Below, piece after piece: positions 10,826 to 23,984 of a stretch of DNA of 64,000 bases. The notes beneath the pieces are model-generated. The model worked only from the letters and a program-made list of their open reading frames with translations. It searched no databases and had not been told where the DNA came from. The DNA is from Hypanus sabinus (Eukaryota). A program made the position numbers and the translations under genes. Location: NCBI RefSeq assembly GCF_030144855.1, contig NC_082708.1:26846001-26910000 (forward strand), read 5' to 3'. How positions within the stretch are numbered: position 1 is the stretch's first letter; the number at the start of each line of letters is the position of its first letter.

Positions 10826-13800
10826 TGTGACGAGAGACCTTGACAAGGATGGTTAGGACTCAAGTGCTGGATTATCCAAGGCTAGGATCAAGACACAATA
10901 TGAGACTGAAACGCGAAAAATGCACACTACGCAAGACATTAGACGATAAGCCAATTTGAGCTTACGATTGGACATGGAACCTCCATTCAGGTGCTCCTTA
11001 AATACTGAAATCCTGGCACCAAAACATAGCAGCCAATTAGTGAGATGGTCCTTCAAGCTAAAAAGGGCCGCAGCAGCTACCCATGTTCTGGAGGGTTAAA
11101 GTGTCTAGACCCTGGAAGCCGGCATGGTTGGGTGCTTGTCATAACAGGACCCCCTCCCTTTTGGCCAACCCCTGATGGCTCTGGCTGCTCAGAGAGATGG
11201 TGGTGGTAGTCATGGATGAGAGCTGGATCCTAGATGGCCTTTTCAGGCGCCCAGCACCTTTCCTCGGGTCTGAATCCTTCCCAGTCCATGAGGTACTGCC
11301 AAATATACCAAACCTTTCGCAAGTCCAAAATTCTCCTCACCATGTAGACCTGTTCCCCTTTGATAAACCTGAGTGGTGGTGAGGCTGAGGGACTTTAACT
11401 TAGAGATGTGGAAGGTGGGCTTGATCTTCAGAGTCTTGGGGAGCTGTGGGGTGTAAGGAATCAGGTTTACTTTCTTGAGGATTTTGAAGGGTCCAATGAA
11501 TTTGGGTGCCAGCTTTCTAGACTCCACCCAGAGAGGCAACTCCTGAGTGGTCAGCCAGACTGCAAAGTGGGTCCCTGTCTTGTCCTTCAGTTACTCAGCT
11601 TCTGCCTCCAGGCAGAAGTCAGCAAAATCTCTCTTGCCCTAGTCCACTTCTGCTTGCAGTGTTGGATGTGATCTTTGGCTGCAGACCCCCAAACTTGGCC
11701 TCCTGTTCCCAGAAGAGTGGCAGAGATTATCCAAACTTGCACTCGAACAGTGACATCCTGTGCATTGAATGCTATAAGGTGCTGCGGGTGACCTCTGTCC
11801 ATGTCAGATGGTCACACCACTCATCAGGTCTGTCTACAAGAAGGGGCAGAGCCGTCTCTATTTCCTGAGGAGACTGGTCTTTTAACATCTGCTGGACGAT
11901 GCTGAGGATGTTCTACGAGGCTGTGGTGGCCAGTGCTATCATGTTTGCTGTTGTGTGCTGGGGCAGCAGGCTGAGGGTAGCAGACACCAACAGAATTAAC
12001 AAACTCATTCGTAAGGCCAGTGATGTTGTGGGGGTGGAACTGGACTCTCTGACGGTGGTGTCTGAGAAGAGGATGCTGTCCAAAGTTGCATGCCATCTTG
12101 GACAATGACTCCCATCCACTCCATAATGTACTGGTTCGGCACAGGAGTACATTCAGCCAGAGATTCATTCCACCGAGATGTAACACTGAGCATCGTAGGA
12201 AGTCATTCCTACCTGTGGCCATCAAACTTTACAACTCCTCCCTCGGAGTGTCAGACACCCTGAGCCAATAGGCTGGTCCTGGACTTATTTCCACTTGGCA
12301 TGATAAACTTATTATTATTTAATTATTTATGGTTTTATATTGCTGTATTTCTTCACTATTCTTGGTGCGGCTGTAATGAAACCCAATTTCCCTCGGGATC
12401 AATAAAGTATGTCTGTTCGTCTGAGGCCAGGCATCTTAGGGTTCATTCCAAATCTTGGCTAACAAACTCCGTCTGACCATTGGACTGCAGGTGAAACCAG
12501 ACGAAAGACGTGCCCCATTCAGCTTTCAGAAACGTGATGTGAATTGGGGACCTCGATCCATTACAATGTCTATCGGAAATTCATGGTTCCTGGAGACTTG
12601 ATTCAGGACAATTTTGGCAGTCTCCACCATAGAAGGTAGATTGTCCAAAGCAATGAATTTGCAAGCCTTCGAAAACCAATCGACAATTACCATGATGACA
12701 GTCTTCCCCTTGGAAGAATTGGCAAACTGGTACTATCAACTTGGCTTGCGGTAAAATGGTGGTAGGCTTCTCCCCTCTTTCAGGTTAGTCGAACTAACGA
12801 GACAAGGTGTTCGGTTTCTGGTTCTTTGACCCCAGTCAATAGATCAGGACAAAATTAAAATGGTTAAGAAAAAGAGACCACCTGGGCTGTCTGAAAGTCT
12901 CTTGGCCTCCTGAATATCAGCCAGGTTCATGGGTCTGTCCAGACAATAAAAGTGTTCATGGCCCCCTCAAACCAGCGACACCATTCCTCCAAGGTCAACA
13001 TAACTGCAAGTAGCTCCCGATTCCTCATGTCATAGTTTCTCTCTGCTGGGGATTGTCACCTGGAGATGAACCCATACAGGTGCAGTTTACTGACCAAAGG
13101 TGACCATTGAGACAACACTGCACCCACTCTGACATCTGAGGAGACCCACCTCCATGACGAAAGGAAGGTCCGGGTTGGATGAAACCAAGAGCAGATGTGA
13201 ACTGTTGTTTGAGCTCTGCAAAAGCAGCCTTGGTAGTCCAGTCACAAGGGTCTGTGGATTTCTTAGTTAGAGCCATTCAGCGGAGCTGCCACTCAGCTGA
13301 AGTTCTTGATGAACTTCAGGTAAAATTTAGCAAATCCTAGGAATGTTTGCAGCTGTTTGACACTGGATGGTTGTGGCCAATCTCCGAGTACCTGGGTCTT
13401 GGTAGGATCCATCTTGAAATTGCCATTGGAGATGATGAAACCCAAATATGCAACGAGAAATTTGGACTTCACCAGCTTAACATAAACTCATGGTTTAGAA
13501 GCCTCTTTAAAATGTCCTTGATGTGGATGATGTGCTCCACCATGGACTTCAAGCAGATTAGGATATCATCCAAGTAGACGAAAAACGTCATCTATAAAGA
13601 CCTGAGAAACTGCTGGAGCTTTTGCAAAACCGAAGGGCATAACCAGGTACTCATAGTGCCCTGTCAGTGTACTGAATGTGTTTTTCCACTCATCACCCTC
13701 TTTTGTGTGGACCAGATTCACACCACAAGTCTAGCTTTGTGAATACTCTTGGCCCTTGGAGAATCTTGAAGGCAGTGTTCATGAGTGGGAGGTGCTAACA

Positions 13801-14800
13801 ATTCTTGGCCATCATGTATAATCAATGCATGGTTGCAGGTGCCCATTCTTTTTTTTGTATGAAGAAGAAGCCTACGCTGGCAGCTGAGGTGGAGGGCTGA
13901 ATAAAACCCATGGCAAGAACTTAATTTATATACTCTTACATTCCGCTTATCTCTGGGCCTGAGAATGAGTATAACCGACCTCACAGAGGACAAATACCAG
14001 GCAATAGGTCTGTAGCACTGTCTTAGGGTCAAGGCCGTTCTCTTACTGAAGACCTCTTCCAAATCCTTGAAGGGATTTTGAGCAGTTTGATATTGCAATC
14101 TCTTCTAGACCTTTCCTCAAGGTTGACTCTTAAGGCATCTTAGGTGACCAGGGTGATTCGACAGACCTCAGAGTCTCCTCTCTAGGTTCACTAGACTTGT
14201 TCGTTGGAACAGTGGCCAAATCAGAGTCCAGATCCTCATACGTATCTTCAAGGTGACCGCAGCGAGGTGTAACAAGTGATCCTTGTGCCCACAGGAATAG
14301 GTTTCAATGGTCTGCGTTTAGGAATCTTTCTTTTATTCAAGGCCTTGCAGCTGGATCCCTTAGGCTTAGCTGCTAGAGCTCCAGACTGCTTGGGCACCTC
14401 CTTGGTTTGCAGCTCCTGAATAGAGATCCTCTCTCTCTAGTTCTAGCATCCCCCAAATTGACAGGGTCCGGACTTGCATAATCCTGTTGGCCAGAGCTGG
14501 CTTGTCTGTCCTAAAGTCAGGATTGGATCTCCAGAAGACTTCAGGTTACCCTGAACTGAAGTCTCCCCCCTCGTTAGTCCATAGTTTCGGGAGAGTCTAG
14601 GGGTTGTAGTACCCTACTAAAAACATAACCTCTTACAATGACTGGACCAAGTGATGATTCTTCCTTCCTTCCAGTTCACAGAAGGATTATGCTGGGTCAA
14701 GCAAGGGTGCCCAAGGATCAAGGGTATGAGAGGTGAGTCAATGATATAGAAACTAATATCCTGTACATACATGAGCCTCAGTTTTCATCTGTAAACCCAA
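10826..14800 (-). mobile_element. Degenerate Gypsy element B nested in element A
   Basis: LTR 10826-11146 (TGTGAC...GTCATAACA) next to a polypurine tract; GPY/F integrase motif KLAPKFIGPFK..FHISKLK (11243-11539); RT/RNase H remnants 13000-14100. Confidence 0.7.
11810..12420 (+). mobile_element. Rex1/Babar LINE 3' fragment inside Gypsy B
   Basis: ORFs MLRMFYEAVVASAIMFAVVCWG and HPLH...RRKSFLPVAIKLYN; tail gggatcaataaagtatgtctg. Confidence 0.8.
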
Positions 14801-15349
14801 TGTCTGCTGCTCGATCTGCCCAGATTCTGTAATGTTGAATCAGGTTTGCAGGTCCAGCAAGTGAGACAGAAAACACTGGCTGCAAAAAAACATATTAATT
14901 ATTTATTTACAAACAGTAAAAATTCAACCAAACGTTCATGTTCCCCAAGTTACAGATGCTACAAAGCTGAATATTCAACAGGCATATGTACATTCAACAA
15001 ACATACTTAGCAACACACACACAGCATACCTTCTCAATGGCCAAGTGCATTGCTTGCCTTAAACAAAGGAAGAGAGACAGAACCTCCCACACAACTCTCT
15101 ATACACTCAAGATATTTGGAACTGGACACCAGGTAGCTACCCAATGGGAAAAGCAGCTGCAGTTCCGAAACTAACCAATCATAACAAAGCGACTTTCAAC
15201 AATCAGACTAAGGCACGCCTCCGCACAGGACAGAGCAGATGGTCATTCAGGACAGTTGCGGGCATGGACTAGCTCAACTCCTACAGCAGTATGTTGAACC
15301 GATGGGCAGTCCCCAAATCCAGGAAATCACCAGCTGCCCCTGTCCACAA

Positions 15350-17454
15350 AAGCATTTACTAATTTGTTCTGTAATCTGTCATCTTTATTTACCTTACTTA
15401 CATCATTCCTGTAGGTATGTGGCCAAAACTGCACACAATACTCCAAGTTAGGCCTCACCAATGTCTTATACAGCTTCAACATAGCATCCCATCTCCTGTG
15501 CTGAATACTTTGATTTATGAAGGTCAATATGCCAAAAGCTTACTTTAAGACTCTATCTACATGTGATGCTACTTTCACTGAATTATGGACATGTACTCCC
15601 TGATCCCTTTGTTCTCCCACACTCCTCAGTGCCCGACCATTCACTGTGTAAGACCTATCCTGGTTGGTCCTACCGAAGTATAACACTTTGCACCTGTCTG
15701 CATTAAATTCCATCTGCCATTTTTTAGCCCATTTTTTTTCCAGCTGGTCAGATCCAGCTGCAAGCTCTGATAGTCTTCCTCATTGTCCACTGCAATCTTG
15801 GCGTCATCTGCAAATTTGCTGATCCAATTAACCACATTATCATCCAGATCTTGATATAGATGACAAACAACAATGGACCCAGCACCAATCCCTGCAGCAT
15901 TCTATTAGTTGCAGTCCTCCAGTCAGAGAGGCAACCATCTACTACCACTCTCTGGCTCCCACCAAGCTAATGTCTAACCCAATTTACTACTTCATCTTGA
16001 ATGCCAAGTGACTGAACCTTCCTGACCAACCTCTCATGCTGGACCTTGTCAAATGCCTTGTTGAAGTCCATGTAAACAACATCCACTGCCTTTCCTTCAT
16101 CAACGTTCCTGGTAACTTCCTTGAAAAACTCTATAAGATTGGTTAGACATGGCCTACCACACTCAAAGCCATGCTGACTACCCCTAATCAGTTCCTGTCT
16201 ATTCAAATACTCATGTTTGGCTCACAGGCCTATAATTTCCTAGTTTATTTTTAGAGCCTTTCTTAAACAGTGGAACAACATTAACTACCTTCGAATCCCT
16301 TGGTACCTCACCTGTCACTAAGGATAATTTAAATATCTCTGCTAGGGACCCAGCAGTTTCTAGATTTCACTTTCACAGGGTCTGAGAGAATACCTTTTCA
16401 GGCCCTGGGGGTTTGTCCACCCTAATTTGCCTCAAGCCAGCAAACACCTCCTCCTCTGTAATCTGTCTAGAGTCCATGACCTCGCAGCTACTTTGCCTCA
16501 TTTCTATAAACTCTGTATCCATCTCCCAAGTAAATACAGATGCAAAAAAATCATTTAAGGTCTCCCCCATCTCTTTCGATTCCACACATAAATTACCATT
16601 TTGCTCTTCCAGAGGATCAATTTTGTTCCTGCAATCCTTTTGCTCTTAACATATCAGTAGAATCCCTTAGGATTCTCCTTCTCTTTGTCTGCTAGGGCAA
16701 CCTCATGTCGTCTTTTAGCCCTCCTGATATCTTTCTTAAGTGTTCTCTTGCATTTCTTATTATCCTTAAGCACCTCATTTGTTCCTACCTACATATATCT
16801 GCTATGCACCCTTTTTTTCTTAACCAAGGCCTCAATATCTCTTGAAAACCAAGGTTTCCTGCACTTGTTGTCTTTACCTTTTATTCTCACAGACACATAA
16901 AGGTGCTGTACTCTCAAAATTTCACTTCTGAAGGCCTCCCACTTTGCCAGAAAACAGCTGTTCCAGTCTACACTTACCAGATCCTTTCTGAAAGCCTCAA
17001 AAATGGCCTTTCTCCAATTTAGAATCTCAACCCGTGGGCCAGACCAATCGTCCTCCATATTTATTTTGAAACTAATGACACTGTGATCACTAAATGAAAA
17101 GTATTCCTCTGAACAAACTTCTTTCACCCACCCCAACTCATTCTCTAGTAGGAGATCAAGTATTGCACACTCTCTCATTGGGACTTCTATGTACTGATTA
17201 AGGAAACTTCCATGAACACATTTAACAAACTCTATCCCATTTAGTTCATTTATAGAACGGGAGTCCCAGTCAATATGTAGAAAGTTGAAATCACTTACTA
17301 TAGCAACTTCATGTTTCTTGCAACAATCTGCAATCTCTATATAAATTTGTTCCTCAAACTCCTGCAGGTTGTTGGTTGGTCTAAAATCTAGCCCCATTAA
17401 TGTGGTCATACCTGTCTCATTTGGATATGGATTCATGGATTCAATTTGGTTCAC
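15350..17454 (-). mobile_element. CR1 LINE ORF2 fragment (endonuclease to RT)
   Basis: ORFs with SDFNF..IDW, ILDLLL, SDH, VDVVYMDFNKAFDKV, KFADD, LVRPNLEYCVQFW. Confidence 0.85.
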
Positions 17455-19805
17455 AATGCTGTTTTTGTTGCTTGCTTCTATTGTTTAAATGATTTGTTTT
17501 GTGTATTTTTCTCTTTCTCTGTTAGCACTAGGGGTTGGTCTTATTTTATCTTAATTGTTTTTTTCGGGTTCCTTGCTTTGTGATGACCTGTAAGCAAACA
17601 AATCTTAGGACTATATAATTTATACATGTTTGAGAATAAATGCACTTTGAAACTTTATTCCTCAGTTCTAACCATAAAGACTCACTAGACAAGTTCTTCA
17701 GTATTGCCTTATTGGGTTGATGGTGACCTTAAAATTACCACAGATCCTTACAGACCTATTCTTTTTGGCTACTGAGACCACTGGCATTGCCCATGAGTTC
17801 CACTAAACCTTGGAAAGAATTCCTTCAGCCTCCATGCAACTTAGCTCATGGCTACTTCATCACAGTGTAAGGAACTGGATGGACTTTGTAAATCTTGGAT
17901 GAGGCATTTTCATTTAACACTATTTTACCTTTAATATGTTTGACTTCTCAATGCCATCCTTGAACACTGTTATGACATCATCCAGTACCTTTCTTAATTC
18001 ACTTTCAGTTGATTCTGTTGCAGGGAATGCGGCATGCAATTGGTGGATGAATTTCCAATCAAGTTGTAGTCGCCTCTGCCAATCATGGCCCTGCAATCCT
18101 GGCCTTCCTGCTTTTACCACATACAAACCCAATGTGGCTTGTTGGTTGTTGTATTGCACTGTTATGAGTGTCATTCCCATAGCAGGTTCTCCAGTATAAC
18201 TTCTCAGTTGGAAATCTGTAGGCTTCAGTTCAATATCTTTCAAATGCCATTCAAATTCATTTTGTGGAATGAGTGAAATGCAGAACCAGTGTCCAATTCC
18301 ATTTTCATTAATTTGCCAATCGCTTCTGGTGTAAGCCATATTGCTTGTCTCCTGTTAGTTTTCACATTACAAAACCCAGTCATGTGTCACTCTCTTCATA
18401 ATCATATTTCCCATTAACAGCATGCAGCTTAATGCTCTTTTTGAAAATGTAACTTGACTTTATATCCTTTTCTCTTCCCAGTGCAGTCTATTTATTTTTG
18501 TCTCCCCAACATGCTCTTTATGTGTCCTACTTTGTTGCATTTTCTGCAAGTTTCACCTTTAAACTAACATTGGTCTGGTCTATGTGAGCCCTGCCACAAC
18601 AGTATGGTAATTTGTTTGGCCAGACAAGTTTCTGTTTAGACTTTAGACTTTGCAATTTTGTTCACGCTCACTTTCATTACTGATTGCAACTCAATTGCAT
18701 CTCTGTCTGTTGTTTCCATTGATACAGCAATTTTAACTGCTCTTTTAAATGTGAGTTGTGCTTCAATTAACAAACATTTTTTAAAGCTTTCTTGCAAGAT
18801 TCCACAAACTAAACAATCTCTCAGTGCACCATTAAGCCCATCCCTGAACTGCCATTGCTTGGATTATGTCTTCAATTCAGCCATGTACGCTGAAATGGAC
18901 AGTGCCTTATTTTTGATACCGCTTATGAAACTTAAAGCGTTCTGCCTTCAACAATGGTTTTGGTTCTAAGTATTCCTGTATTACTTTCATGATATCAGTA
19001 AAGCTCAGTTTGGCTGGTTTGGTTGGAGCAGTTAAACTTCTAAGCAAACTGTATGCTCTTCCACCAATAGCACTCAGCAAAATGGGTACTCGTTTCACAT
19101 TAGCTATTCCATTTGCTTTAAAATACTGCTTAACTTGCTCAGTGTACATATTCCAGTTATCTCTTACGCAATCAAATGGGTCTATCTTTCCTATATAGCC
19201 AGCCATTTCAGTATTTTTAAATTTATTTTTATCACCTTCTACTCACTACTTATGAACATGTGAATTCCATACATTTTCTGCCTTTTTTTTTAATCTTGAC
19301 ATTTTTCTCTTCTTTCTGAAGAAAAAAAAACCTGCTGCACTATTCTTCTTTAACTTGAGTGTCTTGCAGTGCTTCAGCAGGTAGGTAGCCATTTCAGGTT
19401 TGTTTTAAAATTCCTCATCATCACTCTTATTGGTTTGTAACTCCAAAAATTAATCAAAAGAAAAACACGGAGACCAGGATAAACTTGTCTACTTTGTTCT
19501 TTGCTTTTTAAATGAGGCACCCATTTATGGCGTGGTGGTGTAATAATATTCATGTATTTTTATATATAATCCATAATGAATTATGTAAACAACAAAGAAT
19601 GCTTAATCAAACAATATTTTTGCAATATTCCTCAAATATTACTGAAATATTAAACACACACCAACAATGTTGCTTATTTGAGCTGGTCCATTTCCCTGTA
19701 TTTGACCCTTATCCACTAATATTTTTTCAATCCATGTATCTTTCTAAATGTCTTCTGTATGTTGAAATTGTACCACTCTCACTATTTCCTTCCTCTGGAC
19801 AAATA

Positions 19806-21409
19806 CAAACCCCATTTCCAGAAAAGTTGGGATATTTTCCAAAATGCAATAAAAACAAAAATCTGTGATATGTTAATTCACGTGAACCCTTATTTAACTG
19901 ACAAAAGTACAAAGAAAAGATTTTCAATAGATTTACTGACCAACTTAATTGTATTTTGTAAATATACACAAATTTAGAATTTGATGGCTGTAACACACTC
20001 AACAGAAGTTGGGACAGAGTTAAAATAAGATTGAAAAGTGCACAGAATATTCAAGTAACACCGGTTTGGAAGACTCCACATTAAGCAGGCTAATTGGTAG
20101 CAGGTGAGGTATCATGACTGGGTATAAAAGTAGCGTCCACCAAAGGCTCAGTCTTTGCAAGCAAGGATGGGTCATGGCTCACCCCTTTGTGCCAAAATTT
20201 GTGACAGAATTGTTAGTCAGTTCAAAAGGAATGTTTCCCAATGCAAGATTGCAGAGAATTTAGGTCTTTCAGCATCTACAGTACATAATATTGTGAAAAG
20301 ATTCAGAGAATTCAAAGACATCTCAGTGCATAAAGGGCAAGGTCGGAAACCACTGTTGAACGTGCGTGATCTTCAAGCCCTTAGGTGGCACTGCCTAAGA
20401 AACCATCATGCTACTGTGACAATTATAGCCACCTGGGCTCGGGAGTACATCGGAAAACCATTGTCACTTAACACAGTCCGTCGCTGCATCCAGAAATGCA
20501 ACTTGAAACTGTATTATGCAAGGAGGAAGCCATACATCAACTCTGTGCAGAAACGCCGGCGAGTTCTCTGGGCCCAAGCTCATCTCAGATGGACCGAAAG
20601 ACTGTGGAACCGTGTGCTGTGGTCAGATGAGTCCACATTTCAGCTATTTTTCAGAAAAAACAGGCGTCGAGTTCTCTGTGCCAAAGATGAAAACGACCAT
20701 CCTGATTGTTGTCAGCGAAAGGTGCAAAAGCCAGCATCTGTGATGGTATGGGGGTGCATCAGTGCCCACGGCATGGGTGAGTTGCATGTATGTGAAGGTA
20801 CTATTGACTCTGATGTGTGTATTAGGATTTTAGAGAGACATATGTTGCCATCAAGGCGACGTCTCTTCCCGGGACATCCATGCATATTTCAGCAGGACAA
20901 TGCCAGACCACATTCTGCACAGGCTACAGCAGCGTGGCTTTGTAGACACAGAGTGCATGTGCTTGACTGGCCTGCTGCCAGTCCAGATCTATCTCCTATT
21001 AAAAATGTATGGTGCATCATCAAGAGGAGAATCAGACAACGGAGACCACGGACTGTTGAGCAGCTGAAGTTTTAAATCAAGCAAGAATGGACAAAATTTC
21101 CAATTGCAAATCTGCTACAATTAGTGTCCTCAGTTCCAAAGCGATTAAAAAGTGTTATTAAAAGGAAAGGTGATGTAACACAATGGTAAACATGCCTCTG
21201 TCCCAACTTTTGTTGAGTGTGTTACAGCCATCAAATTCTAAATTTGTGTATATTTACAAAATACAATTAAGTTGGTCTGTAAAACTATTGAAAATCTTTT
21301 CTTTGTACTTTTGTCAGTTAAATAAAGGTTCATGTGAATTAACATATCACAGGTTTTTGTTTTTATTGCATTTTGAAAAATATCCCAATTTTTCTGGAAA
21401 TGAGGTTTG
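19806..21409 (+). mobile_element. Full-length Tc1/mariner DNA transposon (1604 bp)
   Basis: TA duplication at 19804-05 and 21410-11; 214-bp TIRs 19806-20019 and 21196-21409 containing internal AAGTTGGGA direct repeats. Confidence 0.95.
20167..21189 (+). pseudogene. Tc1 transposase, 340 codons, inactivated
   Basis: HTH region, GRK motif, WSDE, QQDNA, SPDLSPIKNVW (expected catalytic E is K, DD34 spacing); premature TAA at 21073-75, after which the frame continues IKQEW...RKGDVTQW*. Confidence 0.92.
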
Positions 21410-21519
21410 TAGAACTAGCTTAGATGGGTGACTTGAATAACATGGGTGATTAGGACAAAAGGACCAGTTTCCTTGCTGTTTTACTCTCTGTCTCTGACAG
21501 TCTATTCCACACACCTACC

Positions 21520-22030
21520 ATCCTGTGGAGTACTGTGCTCAGTTCTGATCGCCTCACTACAGAAAGGATGTGGAAGCCATAGAAAGGATGCAGAGGAGAT
21601 TTACAAGGATGTTGACTGGATTGGGGAGCACGCCTTATGAGAATAGGTTGAGTGAACTCAGCCTTTTCTCCTTGGAGCGACGGAGGATGACAGGTGACCC
21701 GATAGACGTGTATAAGATGATGAGAGGCATCAATCATGTGGATAGTCAGAGGCTTTTTCGCGGGGCTGAAATGGTTGTCATAAGAGGACACAGGTTTAAA
21801 GTGCTAGGGAGTAGGTACAGAGGAGATGTCGGGTAAGTTTTTTACTCAGAGAGTGGTGAGTGCATGGAATGGGCTGCCGGCAACGATGGTGGAGGCGAAT
21901 ACGATAAGGTATTTTAGAATAAAATAAAGGGCTACAGGTAAGCCTAGTAATTTCTAAAGCAGGGACATGTTTGGCACAACTTTGTGGACCAAAGGGCCTG
22001 TATTGTGCTGTAGGTTTTCTATGTTTCTTT
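21520..22030 (+). mobile_element. CR1 LINE 3' fragment
   Basis: ORF ERMQRRFTRML...LFSLERRRM; tail tgtattgtgctgtaggttttctatgtttc. Confidence 0.85.
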
Positions 22031-22087
22031 CTGTGTGAAAAACTTCCCTTAGCTCCCCTTTAAATCTTTCCTCTCTCACATTCTGGT

Positions 22088-22260
22088 GCCAGCTGGTGGC
22101 GTAGTGGCATCAGCACCGGACTTCGGAACGAAGGCTCCAGAGTTCGAATCCAGCCAGATACCTTGCACGCTTTCCATCTGTGCGGGGTTAAGCGTCGAGC
22201 TAGCAACTTGGCCTCCTTAAAGCCCTTAAAGCAAGAAAGCCTGCTAAAAAACGCCATCAC
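22088..22260 (+). mobile_element. tRNA-derived SINE
   Basis: Pol III A box TGGCGTAGTGG 22097-22107 and B box GAGTTCGAATCC 22140-22151, followed by non-tRNA body. Confidence 0.7.
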
Positions 22261-23509
22261 AACGGCGTCCCAATGACTCCACTCAGAGTTAGGGGCTTTC
22301 TTCTTCTTCTCTTGCATTCTGCTTTCAGGTAACCTGAGTCCTGGACACCATTTGTCCCACCATTGAGTACTTCTACATGCAATGCTGTCACAAGAAAGCA
22401 GCATCCGTCATCAAAGACCCCGCCATCCAGGCTACGCCGTCTACTTGCTACTATCATCAGGCAAGCAGTACATTAGCTTTACCTCCCAGAACACCTGGTT
22501 CCCTACAACCATCAGGCTACTGAACCAACATAGGTAACTTCACTCACCTCAACTCGAAACTGATTCCACAACCTACAGAGTCACTTTCAAGAACCCTTTA
22601 CAACTCATGTTCTCAGCATTAGTTTATTGCACAGTTTGTCTTCTTTTGCTCATTGATTTTTTGTCCAATTATGTATAGCATTTTGTAAAATTCTATTATT
22701 CTACTTCTTTTTCTTGTAAATGGATCTCAAGGTAGTTTATGGTAACGTGTACATCCTTTGATAATAAAATTAGTAGATCTTTAAACTCAGTCAATATTCC
22801 TAAGTAAACTAACTTTTTTTAATCACGGCCCTGTGTATAGGAATTCGCAGTGTGCAACAGTGACTCTACTTTGATGACTACAAAGTACTGCAGGCATTCT
22901 GAAATGAATGAAAAATTATAAATAAATGTAAGACTTTCTCTCTTATTTTTCTCTACATGAGTGCCTTCACCCAAGATGAATTAGGTTGTATGCCTTTGCA
23001 TAGGGATAATAAAAACAAGAGTAATAGCTTCGGCATTCGTAATGTTTTTGAATAAGAATGCAGCTGGATGTCAGACCAGAGGTGTGATTGATAAAACATA
23101 GGGTAGAGATTCATAGTGTAAACACAACAACAGAATGGATTACATTAATGTACAAATGGAATCTGGAATCACAGGAGTCTGCAGACACTAGGATCTGGAG
23201 CAAATGACAAAATGCTGGATGAATACAGATAGAATCTGCAGAGGGAAATGAACAGTCAAAGCTTCAGGTCAAGACCCTTCGTCTGAACTTGCTACAAGTG
23301 GAGTCTGAAGTATTTCAAGCTTGGTAACGCCAACAGTTGACACATAGAAGGAAGACAAAGACAGAAAGGTCTTACAACAAATTTAAAAATAAGGGATTTT
23401 TATATTCACCTAAGTGGGAAAAGAGCTTTGGGTTAGCATCTTCAGTGAGGCAAATAATGTACTTCTGAGAGTTAAACCAGGGTCTTTTACAGATATTACA
23501 GCATTCAAG

Positions 23510-23515
23510 TTTATT
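23510..23515 (-). terminator. Poly(A) signal AATAAA for the C2orf15-like gene
   Basis: tttatt on the plus strand, about 185 nt past the stop codon. Confidence 0.5.
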
Positions 23516-23699
23516 TTGATTGAAAAATACAACAAAAACATCTTGAACTCCATTTTAAATACATACAAAAGTTTACACATTTCCATATATGCACAGAAGA
23601 CCGTAGGACATAGGAGGAAGAGTTAAGCCATTCTGGTCTGCTCCACTATTCCATTATCCCTCTTAACCCCATTCTCCTGCCTTCTCTCCATAACATAAT

Positions 23700-23984
23700 T
23701 CAATCAATATCTATTACCTCCATGCCATCATTTTCATTAACATAGGAGACAGGTTGCACAACCTTCTCTTCAGATGCTGCTGGATAGAGTTCAGCATTAA
23801 GTTTGATGATACTCATTTCTGTTGTGGGACTAGTGCTAGACAGCCTTCTAGCACTCACTGTTAAAAGGTTTTCTTCAACAATGCTTTGCAAATCCCCTGT
23901 ACTTTCTACATCCTCTGCCTTTGTATTATCTTTGTCCAGGCCTGAAGCAACATGACTGGAAGATTTCCCAGAACATAGCCCCAT
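23700..23984 (-). CDS. C2orf15: C2orf15-like small protein (94 aa), single coding exon
   Basis: N-terminus MGLCSGKSSSHV and C-terminus VSYVNENDGMEVIDID resemble human C2orf15 as recalled (MGFSLSKSATQV...VVYVKESDGLEMTDVE); acceptor at 24083; LIPT1 neighbourhood. Confidence 0.8.
   Translation of the reverse strand: MGLCSGKSSSHVASGLDKDNTKAEDVESTGDLQSIVEENLLTVSARRLSSTSPTTEMSIIKLNAELYPAASEEKVVQPVSYVNENDGMEVIDID

Larger units (their letters stand above)
9170..19665 (-). mobile_element. Degenerate Gypsy LTR retrotransposon A, host of nested insertions
   Basis: Gag N-terminus ORF 18907-19206 (MAGYIGKIDPFD...WNMYTEQVKQYFKANGI), protease-region ORF 17920-18339, integrase-end remnants ~10040-10825, related LTRs at ~9170-9929 and ~19428-19665, purine tract ~9931-9941. 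Confidence 0.7.

Noticed and set aside
22088-22160. tRNA gene
   Set aside because: A and B boxes are present, but the head continues into a SINE body and a second copy occurs at 9690-9872
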